From an uncultured virus (IMG/VR IMGVR_UViG_3300047576_000059) (Duplodnaviria > Heunggongvirae > Uroviricota > Caudoviricetes), in IMG/VR virus record IMGVR_UViG_3300047576_000059: 64,000 nt of DNA. One strand, written 5' to 3'. The translations under genes and the position numbers were made by a program. Below the pieces are notes generated by a model. The model did no database searches and had not been told where the DNA came from. It saw only the letters and a list, made by a program, of their open reading frames with translations. Positions 1 through 10,500 of this stretch are shown in pieces. Position 1 is the first letter of the stretch. Each line of letters opens with the position of its first letter.

Positions 1-25
1 AAGCAGTGGTATCAACGCAGAGTAC
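1..25 (+). other. Library adapter (SMART/template-switch or low-input amplification oligo), not biological
   Basis: Exact AAGCAGTGGTATCAACGCAGAGTAC at the start of the window; it cuts off the adjacent ORF. Confidence 0.97.
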
Positions 26-532
26 TCCACGTTTCTTCCCTTCTGGCATCAAAGCAGATGGTGTCACGACAGCGGGCGGCAATGCCCTGTACAGTTCTGG
101 ATCAAACAGGTCGAGGTCAACTTCGGCCTCATTCAGTATCTCGGTCGCCAGATTGAAATCGTCTTGCCAACGTTCCGTCTCATTGGTCAGCGACACGATA
201 CGGGTGATGCCCGCCTGAATGATCATGCTTGAGCAGGCCGTGCAGGGCTGGAATGGCCACGTATAGATCGTGCAGTCGGTCAATGGACGCTCGGCGAAGA
301 TGAGAGCGTTGCGTTCCGCATGGACTACCATCTTATACTTAATTTCGCGATTGTTTAGTCGCTCGGGACTGTCTTCGATGCCTCGTGGCAAACCGTTGAA
401 GCCAACGGATAGCACACGGTTTTTATCATCAACGATGACTGAACCTACCTTGGTCGAAGGATCGAGGCTCCACTCAGAGACAAATTTCGCGAGGCGCAGA
501 AATCTGTCATCCCATTTCGTGATATGACTCAT
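26..532 (-). CDS. dCMP deaminase (3' end truncated by the adapter)
   Basis: Manual translation MSHITKWDDRFLRLAKFVSEWSLDPSTKVGSVIV...GFNG...VVHAERNAL...QPCTACSSMIIQAGI, with HAE and PCxxC zinc-deaminase motifs. Missing from the ORF track because it has no stop in the window. Confidence 0.93.
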
Positions 533-664
533 CGTATCAACAAACTGGCGATGAGCAACGCCATTATCCCGACTGCGATCCAAATAATATCTGGAGTTGT
601 GATAAATTCTGCCATGGGTCAATGTACCTAAATGGTGAGCCGAATGTCAATATTTGTCGGTGGC

Positions 665-670
665 TAAATA
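665..670 (+). promoter_or_regulatory. T4-like late promoter core TAAATA
   Basis: TAAATA 20 nt upstream of the ATG at 691; the same motif precedes many structural genes in the window. Confidence 0.6.
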
Positions 671-690
671 AGAACTAAAGGTAGAGACTT

Positions 691-1428
691 ATGCCGAGAG
701 CGAACAATGGCCTGAAAGATTACATGAATGACCTGGAGAATGTGTCGGTACCCGAGCATCTTCCCGAGCCAGTTCCGAATGGCCTCATTCATGAGGATGT
801 CCCAGAACTTCCGAAACGGCGGGTTTTTGAACAAAATCAGCCGCAACCACTGACACTGATCTCGGAATCGCAGGAGACATTCTACAAGACGTTGCTGGAA
901 CGGCTGCAAAAACTGGAGACCGTCGCTCAACAGGTTCCGTTGCCGGTCTCGGTCATGGTCGAGACGACCGAAGCCCATGTCGAACGACTGCTCAAGCTCG
1001 AAAAGACCATGATCAGCATGATCAATGAGAGCACCGGCCTGCTGAAAACCGATTTCGTAGAAATTCATGCTTATCTGAAGGAAGAACTTGTTCGTAGCAA
1101 AGAAGAAATGACTTGCACCAGAACTGTCCTGAACGGTATAGTGGAAACGCAATATAAAATCACTGAATCACTAAGCGCAATGACATCGGCCATCATGATG
1201 TTATCAGGAAAAGTCGCGGACATCATCACCAATCAACCGACACCAGTCATCAACATTCCGGCTCCCATCGTGAACATCACGGAAAGTAGCGGAGGTCGCC
1301 GCGTCACCAAACACGTGCAGCGCGATGAAAATGGACTGATCACCAAGGTGGTGGAGGATTCCGTTCAACCGGAACCGCCGAAGATCATCAAAGAAAAAAC
1401 AGTTGGGAAGAGAATTATCAGGAAATGA
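691..1428 (+). CDS. Hypothetical coiled-coil protein, probably virion-associated
   Basis: 245-aa ORF with helical middle, PVINIPAPIVNI linker and KHVQRDENGLITKVVE near the C-terminus; ATGA overlap with the next gene. Confidence 0.75.
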   Translation: MPRANNGLKDYMNDLENVSVPEHLPEPVPNGLIHEDVPELPKRRVFEQNQPQPLTLISESQETFYKTLLERLQKLETVAQQVPLPVSVMVETTEAHVERLLKLEKTMISMINESTGLLKTDFVEIHAYLKEELVRSKEEMTCTRTVLNGIVETQYKITESLSAMTSAIMMLSGKVADIITNQPTPVINIPAPIVNITESSGGRRVTKHVQRDENGLITKVVEDSVQPEPPKIIKEKTVGKRIIRK

Positions 1429-2774
1429 CTTTTGCACTATTTGATCGGGTCAGGGAAAGTAATGTCATCACCGGAACGGGAGCGGTATCACTAGGGAATA
1501 CCGCCATCGGTTACCGTGCGTTTGCGACGATGTTCACCAACGGCCAGACGCTTTGGTACGCGCTCATTGATAACACGGCGGGTGTATGGGAGGTCGGCCT
1601 CGGCACCTGGAATACCGGCGACACTCTGTCACGAAATTATGTGCTCGCTTCGAGCAATGGCAACGCCCTCGTCAGTTTTACGGGCAACGTCTGTGATTGC
1701 TTCGTCGATTATCCCGCCAATCAGGCGATCAATTCTCCGTTCAGTACGTTCGGCGGCGGCACGGACGGTGCTCTGACCATCTCGTCGGGAACGACAACAT
1801 TAGTAAGAGACACATGTTACACGAATCTCACCATCAGTGGAAGTGCCGTTTTACAGACCAATGGCTGGCAGCTTTTTGTCAGTGGTGTTCTTGATCTTTC
1901 CGCTGCCGGTGCTGGCGCGATCACGTATCCAAATGGGTCAAACTCAGGCAGTGGCGCGACTGGTGGCGCGACTTATCAGCAATACGGCCAATCCGTTTAT
2001 GGTAGTTACGTAAGCAACTATCAGGAAACAGGCGGCAATGGCACCGCAGGCGCGGTCGGCGGTAATGGCGGTTCTTCTGTCTCGTCTTTTTGGGGAGCCG
2101 GTGGCGGCGGCGGAGCCGGAGCCAGTGGCGGAGCGAGTAGTACTCCCAATGCCGGAGGCACTGGAGGCGCGGCGCAGAGTTCCGATTCATTCGTGACCTA
2201 TAGTGGGCCATTTGGCAACACGGGCAACACCGGATATTCCGTAAATATAGTTTTTTGCGGCATCAACGGCAGCGGCGGTGGTGCTGGCGGCGGTGCCACG
2301 GGACAAGCTGGTGGTGGTGGTGGTGGTGGGGCCGCTGGTGGTGGCTGCATCGCGATCTATGCGAACATCATCAATCGCGGAACAAATTCAACAGCCGGAA
2401 TCATTACTGCACCAGGAGCAACTGGCGGTGCTGGTGCGGCTGGAGTCGGTGCCGGTGCCGGTGGAGGCGGCGGTGGAGGCGGTGGAGGCGGTGGCCTCAT
2501 CTACATCCTCGCTGGTCAATTGATGGGGTCTGCCATCACCAACGCCCTGAAATGCAACGGTGGCACGGGCGGAGCCGGTGGCAACAGTCCAAGCGGCGGC
2601 AAGGGTGGAAATGGCGGAAATGGCGGCAACAGCGGCGGCATTCAGGTCATAAATCTCTCACTTAATACTTTCACCGCAACGACCCCTAACACGGCGGGCA
2701 CAGCCGGTGGCACGACATCCAGTACCACCGGGGCCGCTGGCGGCGCGGGCGCGGCCAGTCAGCAAAATCTCTGA
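1425..2774 (+). CDS. Glycine-rich fibre/adhesin-like structural protein, paralog 1
   Basis: N-terminal DRVRE..TGTGAV.LG...WEVGLGT phage structural domain followed by long GGxGG runs; ends QNL. Confidence 0.8.
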   Translation: MTFALFDRVRESNVITGTGAVSLGNTAIGYRAFATMFTNGQTLWYALIDNTAGVWEVGLGTWNTGDTLSRNYVLASSNGNALVSFTGNVCDCFVDYPANQAINSPFSTFGGGTDGALTISSGTTTLVRDTCYTNLTISGSAVLQTNGWQLFVSGVLDLSAAGAGAITYPNGSNSGSGATGGATYQQYGQSVYGSYVSNYQETGGNGTAGAVGGNGGSSVSSFWGAGGGGGAGASGGASSTPNAGGTGGAAQSSDSFVTYSGPFGNTGNTGYSVNIVFCGINGSGGGAGGGATGQAGGGGGGGAAGGGCIAIYANIINRGTNSTAGIITAPGATGGAGAAGVGAGAGGGGGGGGGGGGLIYILAGQLMGSAITNALKCNGGTGGAGGNSPSGGKGGNGGNGGNSGGIQVINLSLNTFTATTPNTAGTAGGTTSSTTGAAGGAGAASQQNL

Positions 2775-2789
2775 GGAATCATCAAAGTA

Positions 2790-4148
2790 ATGGCTTTTCT
2801 ATTATACGATAGAGTTCGAGAAAGTAACGTAATCACGGGAACCGGCGCGGTGACACTTGGTGGCACCGTCACCAATTATCAATCGTTTGCCTCCGTGTTC
2901 GCCAACACCAATACACTTTGGTACGCGTTGGTGGACAATATAGCGAATACATTTGAAGTCGGTCTCGGCACCTGGAACAGCGGCAACACTCTGTCACGAA
3001 ATTATGTGCTGCAATCAAGTAATAGCAACAATCTCGTTAGTTTCGCTGGCAACCTTTGTGATTGCTTTTGTGATTTTCCGGCCAGCCAGGTCGCCTGCAC
3101 CCCATTCAGCATGTTTGGCGGTGGCGCGGACGGTGTCGTCACGATCTCGTCAGGCACCACGACCTTAACGCGAGATATGTGCTATTCCAATCTCATCATC
3201 AATGGTTCTGGATCGATCAATACCAATGGCTGGCGCATTTTCGTCAGTGGTATTTTCGATATTTCCGCAGCAGGCGCGGGCGCGATCACATTTCCTGGCG
3301 GTCAGAACAACGCGAGCGGGGCGACCGGCGGAGCGATCTATCTTCAGACCGGCTACACCGCGCAAGGCAGTTCGGGCAGCGCGGGATCATCGTCGGGTGG
3401 CAATGGCACCGCAGCAGCGGTCGGTGGTACCGGTGGCACGCCACTCACGGGTTATTTGCTTGGCTGTGGTGGTGGTGGTGGGTCTGGTGCGAGCGGTGGC
3501 ACAAGCGGCACGCCGCATGCCGGAGGAGCGGGAGGCGTCGGTCAGTCTCCCAACGCTTTACTTCCATTTAATTCACCCTGGGGATCATTCGGAGGCGGAC
3601 CCGTCACCCTCGGAGTCATGAACGCGGGCATGAACGGCGGTGGTGGTGGTGCCGGTGGCGGAGCCGCAGGAGAAGCGGGCGGTGGTGGTGGTGGTGGCGG
3701 TGCCGGTGGTGGATTTGTCGTGATATACGCAAACATCATCTATCGCGGAACAAATTCCACTTCTGGAATAATCACGGCACCCGGCTCTAACGGTGGTAAT
3801 GGCGCGGCGGGTGCTGGCGCAGCCGCTGGCGGCGGAGGAGGCGGCGGAGGAGGCGGTGGCGGCCTCGTTTATATTTTCGCTGGACTTCTGACAGGTTCGA
3901 CGATCACCAACGCGTTGTCAGCGAACGCTGGAACCGGTGGAAATGGCGGAAACGGCGTCGCCACGGGCGGTGTCGGAGGCAATGGCGGAACCGGCGGTGC
4001 CGCTGGTGGAATCCAAACTCTAGTCCTGTCCACGAATACATTCACGACCGCCGGAGCCACCGATACGGCTGGCACGGCGGGTAGCACGACCGCGACCGTC
4101 ACCGGAGCGGCTGGGGGTGCTGGCGCGACCGTTTCACAAAATCTCTGA
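2790..4148 (+). CDS. Glycine-rich fibre/adhesin-like structural protein, paralog 2
   Basis: Colinear with paralog 1 (DRVRESNVITGTGAV, CDCF, YANII.RGTNST, QNL end). Confidence 0.8.
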   Translation: MAFLLYDRVRESNVITGTGAVTLGGTVTNYQSFASVFANTNTLWYALVDNIANTFEVGLGTWNSGNTLSRNYVLQSSNSNNLVSFAGNLCDCFCDFPASQVACTPFSMFGGGADGVVTISSGTTTLTRDMCYSNLIINGSGSINTNGWRIFVSGIFDISAAGAGAITFPGGQNNASGATGGAIYLQTGYTAQGSSGSAGSSSGGNGTAAAVGGTGGTPLTGYLLGCGGGGGSGASGGTSGTPHAGGAGGVGQSPNALLPFNSPWGSFGGGPVTLGVMNAGMNGGGGGAGGGAAGEAGGGGGGGGAGGGFVVIYANIIYRGTNSTSGIITAPGSNGGNGAAGAGAAAGGGGGGGGGGGGLVYIFAGLLTGSTITNALSANAGTGGNGGNGVATGGVGGNGGTGGAAGGIQTLVLSTNTFTTAGATDTAGTAGSTTATVTGAAGGAGATVSQNL

Positions 4149-4150
4149 CA

Positions 4151-4156
4151 TAAATA
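4151..4156 (+). promoter_or_regulatory. Late promoter core TAAATA
   Basis: In the intergenic gap before the gene at 4190. Confidence 0.55.
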
Positions 4157-4189
4157 TTCAAGTATTAGACTGGGAATTTATTTTAACTC

Positions 4190-5563
4190 ATGGCATTCGC
4201 ACTTTTTGATCGAATTCGAGAAAGTAACGTAATCACGGGAACTGGCGCGGTGACACTCGGCGGCAGCATCGCCGGTTATCAGTTATTTTCCTCCGTGTTC
4301 GTCAACACCAACACACTTTGGTATGCACTCGTCGATAACACCGCGAACGCATGGGAGATCGGTCTCGGCACCTGGAACACCGGCAATACCTTATCACGAA
4401 ATTACGTTCTTTCATCGAGCAACAGCAATGCTCTGGTAAGTTTCACGGGCAACGCCTGCGATTGCTTCTGTGACCTTCCAGCCACGCAAATTTATACTCC
4501 ACAATGGACGCTATTCGGTAGTGGAGCGGATGGTGCTCTCACCATCTCATCGGGCACGACATATCTGACACACGACACCTGTTACACGAATCTCACCATC
4601 AATGGAACAGGGCAACTCAATACAAATTGTTTCAAGCTTTTCGTCAGCGGGGTGCTGGATATTTCAGCGGCTCCGGCAAATGCGATCATCTCGCCACCAG
4701 GATCAGTCTATAATGGCAGTGGCGCGACCGGAGGGGCTGCTTATCCGCAATATGGTAACTCACTTTATGGGTCCGCCGTTTCAACCGGTTCCTCGTCTGG
4801 GGGGAATGGAACAGCCGCAGCGGTTGGCAGTGCGGGCGGAATAGCCACACTCACTGGAGCCTCGGGATTATCGACTTACCAGGTTGCTGGTGGCGGCGGT
4901 AGTGGCGGTAGTGGCGGAGCGAGCAACACACCGCACGCCGGAGGTGCGGGAGGTGCGGGTCAGTCCAACACGAATTTCATGACATTCAACGCGCCTTTCG
5001 GCACGGCTTATTATTCTCCCATCTTCAATCCATGGGGCGGCATCAATGGCAGCGGCGGCGGTGCTGGCGGCGGTGCCACGGGTGAAGCGGGCGGCGGGGG
5101 CGGAGGTGGCGGTTCGGGTGGTTGTTATCTCACGATAAACGCAAATATCATCTATCGCGGAACGAATTCCACATCAGGGATCATCGCCGCGTTGGGCCAG
5201 GTCGGAGGCTATGGCGCGGCGGGCGTTGGCACGGGTGCTGGCGGAGGTGGTGGCGGGGGCGGCGGTGGTGGCGGCTTCATTTACATTTTAGCAGGACTTT
5301 TGACAGGATCAACGATCACCAACGCGTTGAACGCGAGCGGCGGAACCGGTGGCGCGGGCGGCAATGGCGCTACGGGTGGCATCGGCGGCAATGGCGGCAA
5401 TGGCGGCAATGGCGGCAATGGCGGTGGCATCCAGGTGATGGTCCTGAATCCAAGTTCTTTCACATCAGCAACAGTCAACACAGCCGGTACGACCGGCAGC
5501 ACGACCGTGACGGCGACCGGCGCGTATGGTGGTGCTGGCGCAACGACTCAACAGAATCTTTGA
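4190..5563 (+). CDS. Glycine-rich fibre/adhesin-like structural protein, paralog 3
   Basis: Colinear with paralogs 1 and 2. Confidence 0.8.
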   Translation: MAFALFDRIRESNVITGTGAVTLGGSIAGYQLFSSVFVNTNTLWYALVDNTANAWEIGLGTWNTGNTLSRNYVLSSSNSNALVSFTGNACDCFCDLPATQIYTPQWTLFGSGADGALTISSGTTYLTHDTCYTNLTINGTGQLNTNCFKLFVSGVLDISAAPANAIISPPGSVYNGSGATGGAAYPQYGNSLYGSAVSTGSSSGGNGTAAAVGSAGGIATLTGASGLSTYQVAGGGGSGGSGGASNTPHAGGAGGAGQSNTNFMTFNAPFGTAYYSPIFNPWGGINGSGGGAGGGATGEAGGGGGGGGSGGCYLTINANIIYRGTNSTSGIIAALGQVGGYGAAGVGTGAGGGGGGGGGGGGFIYILAGLLTGSTITNALNASGGTGGAGGNGATGGIGGNGGNGGNGGNGGGIQVMVLNPSSFTSATVNTAGTTGSTTVTATGAYGGAGATTQQNL

Positions 5564-5569
5564 TAAATA
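5564..5569 (+). promoter_or_regulatory. Late promoter core TAAATA
   Basis: Immediately after the stop of paralog 3 and before the gene at 5596. Confidence 0.55.
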
Positions 5570-5595
5570 TTGTATTCTTAAGGTTACGATAAATC

Positions 5596-6336
5596 ATGAC
5601 ATCGCCTCTTTCTGGTCCTTCTTATGGGTTCGTGTGGGATAATCTGAATAATGGACAGGTCGCTCCTGGTTCCATCTATGTCACCACATGCTCGCTGAAC
5701 ACCAGCACGACCATCTCAGCGGTGACCACGGCTGTGACAGCCACGAGAGGCGCGCTCATAACTGGTACAGGTATGGGCGTGACTAACTTCATCGCCACTG
5801 CCACGAGTGCGGCGACAACTTTGGTGATAACCAACGCGGCCACAATCACGGCGACCGAAACCATCACTGTTCAAAATTTTCCTGTTCTGATTGGTGGTGA
5901 ATGGACTGCTGCTGTGGCCGCTGGAGCGGCGCTGACATCCTCGTACTGGAACAGCACCGGAGCCGTTCGTCCAAGCGATAGCAATCAGGCTTTGTTCGCT
6001 GACATCTATTGGATAAATGGTGGCACATTTTCTACTTCAGCCACCATCAGTGTGGGTCAGGTCATCACCGGTTGGTTCCTTCGTTCATTTGATGGTGGCA
6101 ACACATTTGAATCAGCGCCAGCGACCGCCTCCCAATCCGTGGCGGCGGTTTCACGCGCGCCAGATTTCATCATTCCTTTGGATGGCGGCGCGAGCTATGC
6201 CGCTGGCGTCATGCGAGTGATGCCACAGGTAGCCCTGCCGTCTGGTTATTTCAAGACGATCATTCAAAACAATGGCACCCTCGGCCTTCCAGCAAAATCC
6301 GCCATCTTCGCCATACCAATCACACCGGCTTATTAA
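5596..6336 (+). CDS. Hypothetical Thr/Ala-rich beta-structured virion protein
   Basis: 246-aa ORF; C-terminal GWFLRSFDGGNTFE...RAPDFIIPL...QNNGT jelly-roll-like segment. Confidence 0.7.
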   Translation: MTSPLSGPSYGFVWDNLNNGQVAPGSIYVTTCSLNTSTTISAVTTAVTATRGALITGTGMGVTNFIATATSAATTLVITNAATITATETITVQNFPVLIGGEWTAAVAAGAALTSSYWNSTGAVRPSDSNQALFADIYWINGGTFSTSATISVGQVITGWFLRSFDGGNTFESAPATASQSVAAVSRAPDFIIPLDGGASYAAGVMRVMPQVALPSGYFKTIIQNNGTLGLPAKSAIFAIPITPAY

Positions 6337-6339
6337 AAT

Positions 6340-7398
6340 ATGGCAGATGTTCAAATGCCTCCCGATTTCGATTGCAATGATGTCGATCACCTCATCACGA
6401 TGGCCATGCTTTTCATCGGCATCGACGAATGGGACAAGGCGAAAGCCTTTGTGCTTCGCGCCCTTGGACTAAAACCGGATGACGCCAACTCCCATATGGC
6501 GTTGGCGCAAATTCTTCTCTCCCAGGGAGAGTTCTCGGCGGGATGGCGGGAATACGAACATCGGTTGGGACTCGAAACAACAACTCCAGTGTTCACTTCG
6601 GTCCATTGGAATGGCATGCATCTTCCGACCGGACGATTATTCCTGATCGGCGATCAAGGTTACGGCGACGTGATTCTGTTCTCCCGATATATCAAGATGG
6701 CGGCGGAACGAGTGCAGGATGTCGTTCTCGGCAGTAGTCTGGAACTGAAGATGCTGTTGAAGAATCTTCCCGAAATAGCGCAATATACTCATACTTGGAA
6801 TGACACACCTGGTCATGCGGTGTATTGCCGCCTGTCCAGTCTTCCTGGAATTTTCAACACCACGCTCGATACGATCCCGAACCATGTGCCCTATATCTGG
6901 GCCAATCCAGGCAGAGCCATGGCATGGCGAGATCGTCTTCCAAAGGGACTCAAGGTTGGACTTTGCTGGTCTGGAAGAGATGCCCTCCCAAATGGTGTCC
7001 GTCGTTCAATCTCTCTAGTTGAATTGCTGCCTGTCACCAAGATGATAGATGCCACCTTCGTCTCCTTACAGAAGCAATTACCAGAGAGCGATGCGGAGGA
7101 CATGAAGGATTCTGGCATACTTGATGTATCGAATTCGCTGACTGATTTCGCCGAAACAGCGGCCCTGATCGAAAATCTTGATCTGGTGATCACGATAGAT
7201 ACCGCCGTGGCCCATCTCGCCGGAGCGATGGGGAAGCCTGTTTGGATCATGCTCGCCAAACCGGCTTGCTGGCGATGGATGATTAACCGAGATGACAGTC
7301 CTTGGTATCCGACCGCTCGACTGTTCCGCCAAGATACACGCGACGATTGGAATCCCGTAATGGCACATGTCGGCGTGGAATTATCAAGACTGACTTAA
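6340..7398 (+). CDS. TPR + GT-B (GT9/heptosyltransferase-like) glycosyltransferase
   Basis: N-terminal TPR (RALGLKPDDANSHMALAQILL), GWREYEHR, DQGYGD, VGLCWSG, DFAETAALIENLDLVITIDTAVAHLAGAMGKP, WRW...DSPWYPTARLFRQ. Confidence 0.9.
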   Translation: MADVQMPPDFDCNDVDHLITMAMLFIGIDEWDKAKAFVLRALGLKPDDANSHMALAQILLSQGEFSAGWREYEHRLGLETTTPVFTSVHWNGMHLPTGRLFLIGDQGYGDVILFSRYIKMAAERVQDVVLGSSLELKMLLKNLPEIAQYTHTWNDTPGHAVYCRLSSLPGIFNTTLDTIPNHVPYIWANPGRAMAWRDRLPKGLKVGLCWSGRDALPNGVRRSISLVELLPVTKMIDATFVSLQKQLPESDAEDMKDSGILDVSNSLTDFAETAALIENLDLVITIDTAVAHLAGAMGKPVWIMLAKPACWRWMINRDDSPWYPTARLFRQDTRDDWNPVMAHVGVELSRLT

Positions 7399-7444
7399 TT
7401 CATCCGGTGCTGAGTAGCATCTCAGTTTGATGTTCATTTTCAAG

Positions 7445-7450
7445 TAAATA
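7445..7450 (+). promoter_or_regulatory. Late promoter core TAAATA
   Basis: Upstream of the 4075-aa gene. Confidence 0.5.
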
Positions 7451-7522
7451 CACGGAATCCTTCGCTGGAAACTTGTGTCCAAATGGATAAATCAAACAGA
7501 GGACACTATTTAAGGATGACAA

Positions 7523-10500
7523 ATGTTCAGCACTGGAAGAATTAAGAGGCCGCATCGCGGTTTATTCTTCCCCAGTGGCACGCCCATCATCGATTGGGAC
7601 AATCCGATCACGGCTGGCCTGGTTGGTTGCTATGTCGTAACTGCTGAAGGTGGCGCATTAGGCATAATCCGTTGCCTGGTCACCGACAATATCCTCACCA
7701 ATACCTATCTGCAAAGTCCTGGCACCACACTGGCATCAATTAAGTCTGGCCCCATCGGCATGCAGGCTCTGGACAACGATAGTTCAGGAAATGGAAGCGG
7801 CTTTGGTGGCCCATTGCCACCTGGTCAACAAGTCCAGAATTATTCCGTGTTGTGGGCTGGCACGATCCAGGGTCTCGGTAACAACCTCACGAACGGCTAT
7901 CCGTTCTTCTTTGGCGCTTCTTACAACAACACTGGCACAACGCTGAATGCCGCATGGGGACTGGCCAGAGGAACTGCCGCCACCAGCACCGCTTCATCGG
8001 AAACGGTCACTTTCAGCACGAACAACGCCGGGTCCTTCGAATATAATGAGCCGTTCGCTAATTCACTTGTCGGCAGTCCGAGCGCCGGAAACTACTGCTT
8101 TCTAGGCACCGCGAATGTTGTCTCTGGTGCCTTCAAGATGTGGAGCAATGGTCGCTATGTAGGTAGCGCGGCTCCAACTGCCGGAGCGATTGCTTATACG
8201 GCCACATCCGAGATCGTGGTTGGCACTTGCCCAGGACAAAACACCACCGTCCAAGCCGGTATGTGCGTCGGCATGATTTGGAACAGGGTGTTGCAGCCTG
8301 GAGAAGCAGCACTCCTCAGTTCTGATCCAGGCAATTTTCTGATCTATGACCAGGACCTCCTGCTCGGATTCGTCAAGGGCGGTCACAACATTTGGTCAGC
8401 CAGCATCACTGAGACGGGAAACGCGACAGATACCGTCAGTGATGTCGATTCTAGTCAAGAGGCGATTGTTGAAGGCGAGGTCGCGACCATCGCTTTGGTG
8501 GCCAACCTTGACTGGAACGGCAATGGAGTCAATCCAAGCAGTGCTATAAACACTACAGGGGCAACCTTGTTGGTGATGTCAATCGGCCAATATATTCCGA
8601 TCAATAACGTGGTACCGGGTCCGTTCGATTCCTATGGCAACACGTGGACCTTGGCCATTCAAACGGCCAATCCAAACAATCCATCAACTCAGAATCAAAC
8701 CGAATCGATCTACTATGTCGCGAATCCAATAGTAGGCACCGGCCATACTTTCAGTACGACATTTTCTGGTGGCCAGGCTTATCCGAGCCAACAGGTCGCG
8801 GCGTTCAGTGGCATAATCATGAGTTCGCCGCTCGATCAGACCAGCGGTGTCTATTCAGGCACAGCAAGTTTAACGACCCTCCAACCTGGTTCGTTGACGC
8901 CATCACAGGCCAGCAACAACCTTATCATCGCGAATGAGGGCAATTTCTCAGGTAGCACTGGTGCCACCGCTTCTATCGATTCAGGATTCACGATCACCAA
9001 TCAAGACCTGTCGGATTATGGCGGCTATTGCGGTTCTGGTCTCGCGTATCTCGTGCAAGCTGTCTCGGCGGCGATCAATCCGACCTGGACACTTAGTTCA
9101 GGCACAAATCAGTACGATTTCATCGCCAACATGGCGATCTTCCAAGGGACGGCGGCGGGTGGCAATTATGCCAATGATGCCTGCGACGCGACTGTAGGAT
9201 CAGGCACGATCTCTGCCGCGATCTATGAAATCGGCACCTCCCCCGTCACCGGCATTTCGACCTTGGGCTTCAGTGGTGACCCGATTTCTGGTGGTACCAC
9301 GGCACTGTCCTTCGATACGGTCAATCACACTGGCTCAACATATGTGGGGGCCGTCACCGAAAGTGGGTCGGCCAGTGATACCGTCAATTTTACATCATCG
9401 ACCTATGTTGGCGCGATCACAGAAGCCGGTTCCGCGACAGGCACGGCAAACTTCGCTGGATCGACCTATGTTGGCGCGATCTCTGAAGCAGGAAACGCAA
9501 GCGATTCCGTCAATGAGCATAATTCGACCTATGTTGGTGCGATCACAGAAACCGGTTCATCTGGCGATGTAGTCAATTTCGTTGGCTCAACGTATGTGGG
9601 AGCCATCACCGAGAGTGGGTCAGCGGCTGATGCTGTGAATTTCACGGCTTCGACATACGTTGGAGCGATCACCGAAAGTGGAGCAGCAAGCGATTCCGTC
9701 AGTGATGTCGATAGCAGTGTCGAAACCATCGCAGAAACCGGTTCCGCGACAGACACGGTGAACTTCGCTGGATCGACCTATGTTGGCGCGATCTCTGAAG
9801 CTGGAAACGCAAGCGATTCCGTCAATGAGCATAACTCGACCTATGTTGGTGCGATCACAGAGTCTGGCTCGGCGAGCGATATAGTCAATTTCGCTGGCTC
9901 AACGTATGTGGGAGCCATCACCGAGAGCGGGACCGCGACAGACACGGTGAACTTCGCTGGATCGACATATACCGGAACCATTTCTGAAATCGGTTCCGCG
10001 AGCGATATGGTAAATTTCACCGCCTCGACCTATGTTGGTGCCATTATCGAAAGTGGTTTGGCTAGTGATACCGTTAGTGATGTCGATAGCAGTCTTGAGA
10101 TCATCACGGAAAGTGGTTCCACGACAGACACGGTAAATTTCGCGGCATCGACCTATGTTGGGGCGATCCCCGAAACCGGATCGGCGTCAGATTCAGTAAA
10201 CGAAACGAACTCTACCTTCGTTGGCGCGATCTCTGAAACTGGATCGTCCAGTGATTCCGTCAGTGAAATTGACACCGAAGCAGGCATCATAACAGAATCT
10301 GGTGCCACGACAGATACGGTAAATTTTGCGGCATCGACCTATGTTGGGGCGATCACCGAAACCGGATCGTCCAGTGATACCGTCAGTGATGTCGATAGCA
10401 GTCTTGAGACCATTACGGAAAGTGGCTCCGCGACAGACACGGTCAGTGAAACCGATACCCAAACAACAAGCATAACGGAATCTGGCTCAGCCAGCGATTC

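Noticed and set aside
6..527. + strand ORFs 6-218 and 270-527
   Set aside because: Shadows of the minus-strand dCMP deaminase; the first starts inside the adapter
1425..5563. Diversity-generating retroelement or invertible shufflon behind the fibre paralogs
   Set aside because: No reverse transcriptase, no TR/VR pair with adenine-specific differences, and no invertase or inverted repeats are visible
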